Positions 60,544 through 64,000 of a DNA stretch of 64,000 nt are shown here, one piece after another. Numbering within the stretch: position 1 is the first letter of the stretch; every line of letters begins with the position of its first letter. The translations under genes and the position numbers were made by a program. This DNA comes from Myxococcota bacterium (lineage in GTDB: Bacteria > Myxococcota_A > SURF-8): contig OZ223209.1 of NCBI GenBank assembly GCA_965140415.1, forward strand, positions 4,000,001-4,064,000, written 5' to 3'. Under the pieces are notes generated by a model. It ran no database searches and was not told the origin of the DNA. It saw nothing but the letters and a program-made list of their open reading frames with translations.

Positions 60544-62571
60544 ATGGCCATTCAAGTGTACGAAACCAAAAACTCGCGCGACAGTGAAAACGTTTATCGT
60601 TTCCTCTACGAAATCTGGGCCGGCGATTCGGAACCCGATATCGAAGGCGTGGACCGCGAAAAACGCTGGATTCGAGATGAACTGGACGCCTGGGCGCGTC
60701 AATATGTCGCGGTGGATGAAACGGGCCGCATTGTGGGTTGTGTGCGCATCAATTTGATGGAAGAAGGCGAAGCCGGAGAAACGCTGAACGAGCGCATGAA
60801 GTTCAAGGAGTTGATCACCACTTTTGGGCGTCCACAGGTGAGCTATGTGTCGCGACTTGCGGTAACGCCCTCCCAGCGAGGCGGCACCGTGGCCTCGCTG
60901 CTGCTGGCGGCGGTGATCCGAACCCATCAGAAAAAGAATATTCCCGTCGGCACTTTCAGTTGTCCGATGAACCTGGTTCCCTTTTATTACCGCCTGGGGA
61001 TGCGTCCCTATACCGCCAACTATCACGCGGGATCGGGTGTGCGCGTACCGCTGATTCTATGCGCCACCGATGTCGGATACCTGCGCACCATCGAATCGCC
61101 GATGTTGAAAATCATCCCCAGAAATGTGGATGACGAGGGCATGACGGCGGACAAACTACGAGAAATCTTCCCCGATTTCCAGAATCCCGGTTTCGATCGC
61201 GCCTCCTCAAAGGGCGTTTGGGCCCGTTTGGCGTATGCCTCGCCGCAGGAAAGCGACAGCCCGGACATTCGCCTGTTTGCCGGCTTGTCGCAAAAGGAAC
61301 TGAGCACTACGATGCTTCATGTCTCCCGTATCGAATTCGACACGGGCGATCTGATTTTCAAGCGCGGCGAGCGGGAAGAAGGCATGGGGCTGGTGATCAG
61401 CGGAAGTTTGGGTGTCAGTTTGGAAGACAATCCGGACAGTTCGCACATCATCGCCGTGTTAAAACCGGGAGAAACCTTTGGCGAGATGCAGGCGTTTGGC
61501 GCGGGAGAACGCACGGCCAACGTGTTGGCGCTGGAAAAAAGCGAAGTGATGCTGCTGCCGCCGGATGTCCTGGACCGCGTGGTTCGCTCCAATGCCACCC
61601 TGGCGTTGAAACTTTCCAAGAATCTGTTGAAGATTCTGACGACCCGGCTGGCCTCCACCAATCATCTGGTTTCCAGTTTATCCGCCGGAAACGATCAGGG
61701 AATTAAAGTGCAGCGCCCTGCCCTGTATCGCCATCTCGACGAAGCCGATGTGCGCAGCCGCCTGGATAGCGATGCACTCTTGGCTGTTGAAGAAAATGAA
61801 CTGAACCTGGGAGAACTGGAGATCCAGGCCGCCATCGCCGAACAGATCGAGTTGGAAGCATTGAAAAGCATCGGATTGACGGATGGCATGACCGTGATGA
61901 CTTACGGCACAGGACAATCTCTGATTTCCCGACTGGTGGCGGAACAGATGACAGAAAGCCCGATCATCGGCGTGGAGCGCAACGCCCAGCACTTGGTGCA
62001 GGTAAACGACCTGATCTCCAGGCAAGGGCTGGACCGTTGCAGCTTTCTCGCCGGACAGGCGGATCATATTCCTTTAGACGATGAATCGGTCGACTTCGCC
62101 TATGGCCGTTTCTTCCGGCAATTGTTCCCCGAACATCAAAAAACCTTAAAAGAACTGCGCCGCCTGACGCGCCCCGGCGGCATCATCTGCGGCATGGATG
62201 TCGATGATGATTCACTGTTACTGACTCCGGGCAATGAGTGCGTGACGGAACTGAATCAGCGGGTGGCCGAAGTGCTTGCCAGCGCCGGGCGTACGTCTCA
62301 TACAGGCGGACGCTTATTGACCTTTTTCCGCGAGGTTGGATTGGAACTGGTGCGGGTTGAAGCTTTGCCGGTAACGACACAGGATCTTTCCGCCGAAGAG
62401 TTCTTCCAACTGGCCTTCGGCGTCAAGTGCGATATTCTAGAGCAGGCCGGTGTGATGGATGAGGAAAGCATCAAGTTGATCGAGCGCATCCGTCACAGTA
62501 TCGAGCGAGAGGACGCTTTTGGCGTATTGACGCTCTACCTTGCGCATGGTGCGGTTCTACCGCAGATTTAG
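60544..62571 (+). CDS. GNAT (LuxI/FeeM-like) - cNMP-binding - SAM-methyltransferase three-domain protein
   Basis: VSRLAVTPSQRGG...FYYRLG; IFKRGE..FGEM..RTANV; IPLDDESVDFAY..LKELRRLTRPGG. Confidence 0.82.
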   Translation: MAIQVYETKNSRDSENVYRFLYEIWAGDSEPDIEGVDREKRWIRDELDAWARQYVAVDETGRIVGCVRINLMEEGEAGETLNERMKFKELITTFGRPQVSYVSRLAVTPSQRGGTVASLLLAAVIRTHQKKNIPVGTFSCPMNLVPFYYRLGMRPYTANYHAGSGVRVPLILCATDVGYLRTIESPMLKIIPRNVDDEGMTADKLREIFPDFQNPGFDRASSKGVWARLAYASPQESDSPDIRLFAGLSQKELSTTMLHVSRIEFDTGDLIFKRGEREEGMGLVISGSLGVSLEDNPDSSHIIAVLKPGETFGEMQAFGAGERTANVLALEKSEVMLLPPDVLDRVVRSNATLALKLSKNLLKILTTRLASTNHLVSSLSAGNDQGIKVQRPALYRHLDEADVRSRLDSDALLAVEENELNLGELEIQAAIAEQIELEALKSIGLTDGMTVMTYGTGQSLISRLVAEQMTESPIIGVERNAQHLVQVNDLISRQGLDRCSFLAGQADHIPLDDESVDFAYGRFFRQLFPEHQKTLKELRRLTRPGGIICGMDVDDDSLLLTPGNECVTELNQRVAEVLASAGRTSHTGGRLLTFFREVGLELVRVEALPVTTQDLSAEEFFQLAFGVKCDILEQAGVMDEESIKLIERIRHSIEREDAFGVLTLYLAHGAVLPQI

Positions 62572-62925
62572 ATGATCTATTACGCTGTCAAACTTTGTAT
62601 GTCGAACAGGACAGGTCCAACCGGATAACCCTCATACTACCAGGAGAGACAGATGTCGAAACGGACCGCTATACGTTGTTTCGACCGCAATTTTGTTTGT
62701 TCTGACATCCAAACCACGTAAGTGAAAGCACAAACAGACCTTCTTACATTGGTGGATCAGAATCTTTTACCTTCCTTACCTTTTTAATGTGGAAATGCTT
62801 GCAAATATTTCTTGACTTTTTTCTCCCAGGGAATTAAATGGTAACGCCGATGCGGGCAGTACCAATTGACTGTTCGACCAGGTTTTGTCTATGTCGCTTA
62901 TTACGACATGTTTGACAATAGATGT

Positions 62926-63000
62926 TCCCCAGTAGCTCAATGGTAGAGCGGGTGGCTGTTAACCACTAGGTTGGCGGTTCAAGTCCGTCCTGGGGAGCCA
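62926..63000 (+). tRNA. tRNA-Asn (GTT)
   Basis: TCCCCAG/CTGGGGA acceptor stem, D arm, anticodon loop CTGTTAA, GGTTCAAGTCC T arm, encoded CCA. Confidence 0.97.
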
Positions 63001-64000
63001 GTAAGAACGCAAGCCGTCGATTTCACCATCGGCGGCTTGTTTTTGTTTAGCCCCTTCCGCAGCTTCCGCAATCATATCAAAGGGTTCGCGCCATGTGGGG
63101 TGCATGCTGCCTTCCTTGAAGGAGCAGTTGCAAAGTAGCAAATTGAGCAATCGGCGCTTTTCATGACTTGATTGGCTTTTAAACAGTGATACCGCATTGT
63201 TAGCCAAGTTTAAAAGTGTCACCCCCAAATCAAGGTAGCTGTCCTCGGCGTTTTGGTGCTTGGCAATGGCCCCCATGCACTCGTCTTGCTCCTTACGCAC
63301 GCCCTCGGCCATGCCCTTGAACATATCGTCCCCAATCAGGCCACTCAGCTTGTCCTCATACATGGCGTGCAGCTTCTTTTGCAGGTTGTCGTAACGGCGT
63401 TGCAGCCGCTTAACCGCATCAGCATGGAATTCCTTCTCCGTGGAATGGCTTTCTTTGAGCGCTTCCACCACCCACCCCAAGATTTCGTCGTCAAAGTGTA
63501 GTTTGGCCAGCAAGTCCACAAACAACTTGTCCAGCACCTTTTCCCTGACGTTCCTTTCCGGGCACTTGCCTTTGGATCGATACCCGGAGCAACGGTAGTA
63601 CACGTATTTGCCTTTGTGCAGGCTGCCGCTCATGGCACCGCCGCAATGGCCGCAAGTAACCAACTGCGCATAGGCAAACTTTTTGGGGCTTTGGCGGCGG
63701 TTCGTGGTTCTGCGGTTATCCAGCACCTTTTGCACTTCGTCGTATAGCTCCTTGGGCACGATGGCTTCGTAGTTGCCTTGGTAGTATTCGCCTTTCCACT
63801 CGAAATCGCCGGTGTAAACCAGTTGCCGCAACATCTTGTGGACTTGGCTTCTGACCAGCTTTCTGTAGGGCGGTTTGCGGTTGCGCAAGCCCATGTCCGT
63901 TGCCAAATCCACGGCTTGCGAAATGCAATATTGGCCGGTGGCGACCTCTTGGTACAGCCGCAACACCAATGGGGCAGTTTCGGGATCGGGTTCGATCACG
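62959..64000 (-). CDS. Large serine recombinase (C-terminal part; 5' end outside window)
   Basis: Recombinase domain Y.G...G.YEAIV, zinc ribbon CGHC..YYRC..C, coiled coil; last codons antisense to the tRNA 3' half. Confidence 0.9.
   Translation of the reverse strand, partial: VIEPDPETAPLVLRLYQEVATGQYCISQAVDLATDMGLRNRKPPYRKLVRSQVHKMLRQLVYTGDFEWKGEYYQGNYEAIVPKELYDEVQKVLDNRRTTNRRQSPKKFAYAQLVTCGHCGGAMSGSLHKGKYVYYRCSGYRSKGKCPERNVREKVLDKLFVDLLAKLHFDDEILGWVVEALKESHSTEKEFHADAVKRLQRRYDNLQKKLHAMYEDKLSGLIGDDMFKGMAEGVRKEQDECMGAIAKHQNAEDSYLDLGVTLLNLANNAVSLFKSQSSHEKRRLLNLLLCNCSFKEGSMHPTWREPFDMIAEAAEGAKQKQAADGEIDGLRSYWLPRTDLNRQPSG
63001..64000. mobile_element. Left edge of an integrative element at tRNA-Asn
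   Basis: Recombinase convergent on and overlapping the tRNA 3' end. Confidence 0.7.
63010..63044 (+). terminator. tRNA terminator embedded in the recombinase CDS
   Basis: CAAGCCGTCGAT-TTCACC-ATCGGCGGCTTG-TTTTT. Confidence 0.75.

Overview
Chromosomal segment of a Gram-negative bacterium (lpxC present). An MXAN_5187-type protein, a PP2C-cNMP phosphatase, a giant lipoprotein metalloprotease and Cys-rich/DGD-repeat lipoproteins suggest a Myxococcota-like deltaproteobacterium (inference). Housekeeping genes (yebC-ruvCAB-lpxC, metY-metX-hom, hbd, mtnP, addA-like, rlpA, frameshifted prfB, tRNA-Asn) are interleaved with cell-envelope operons. There is a RAYT transposase flanked by REPs, and the edge of a serine-recombinase element at tRNA-Asn. 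The best unexplained signals are non-coding. The strongest is a ~320-nt minus-strand structured RNA candidate (9655-9980) with a sigma54-type promoter, an upstream perfect palindrome, end-to-end pairing and repeated GGGG hairpin loops. It lies directly behind a 7-gene operon that looks like a folding/export system for a Cys-rich lipoprotein (rhodanese, MauE, DsbA, TPR-beta-barrel, FecR-like). Other signals: a structured metY leader, a 179-nt rod hairpin, a four-way junction upstream of mtnP, covarying REP variants, and a class III cyclase near a GNAT-cNMP-methyltransferase fusion. All family calls and folds are by eye; no searches were run.
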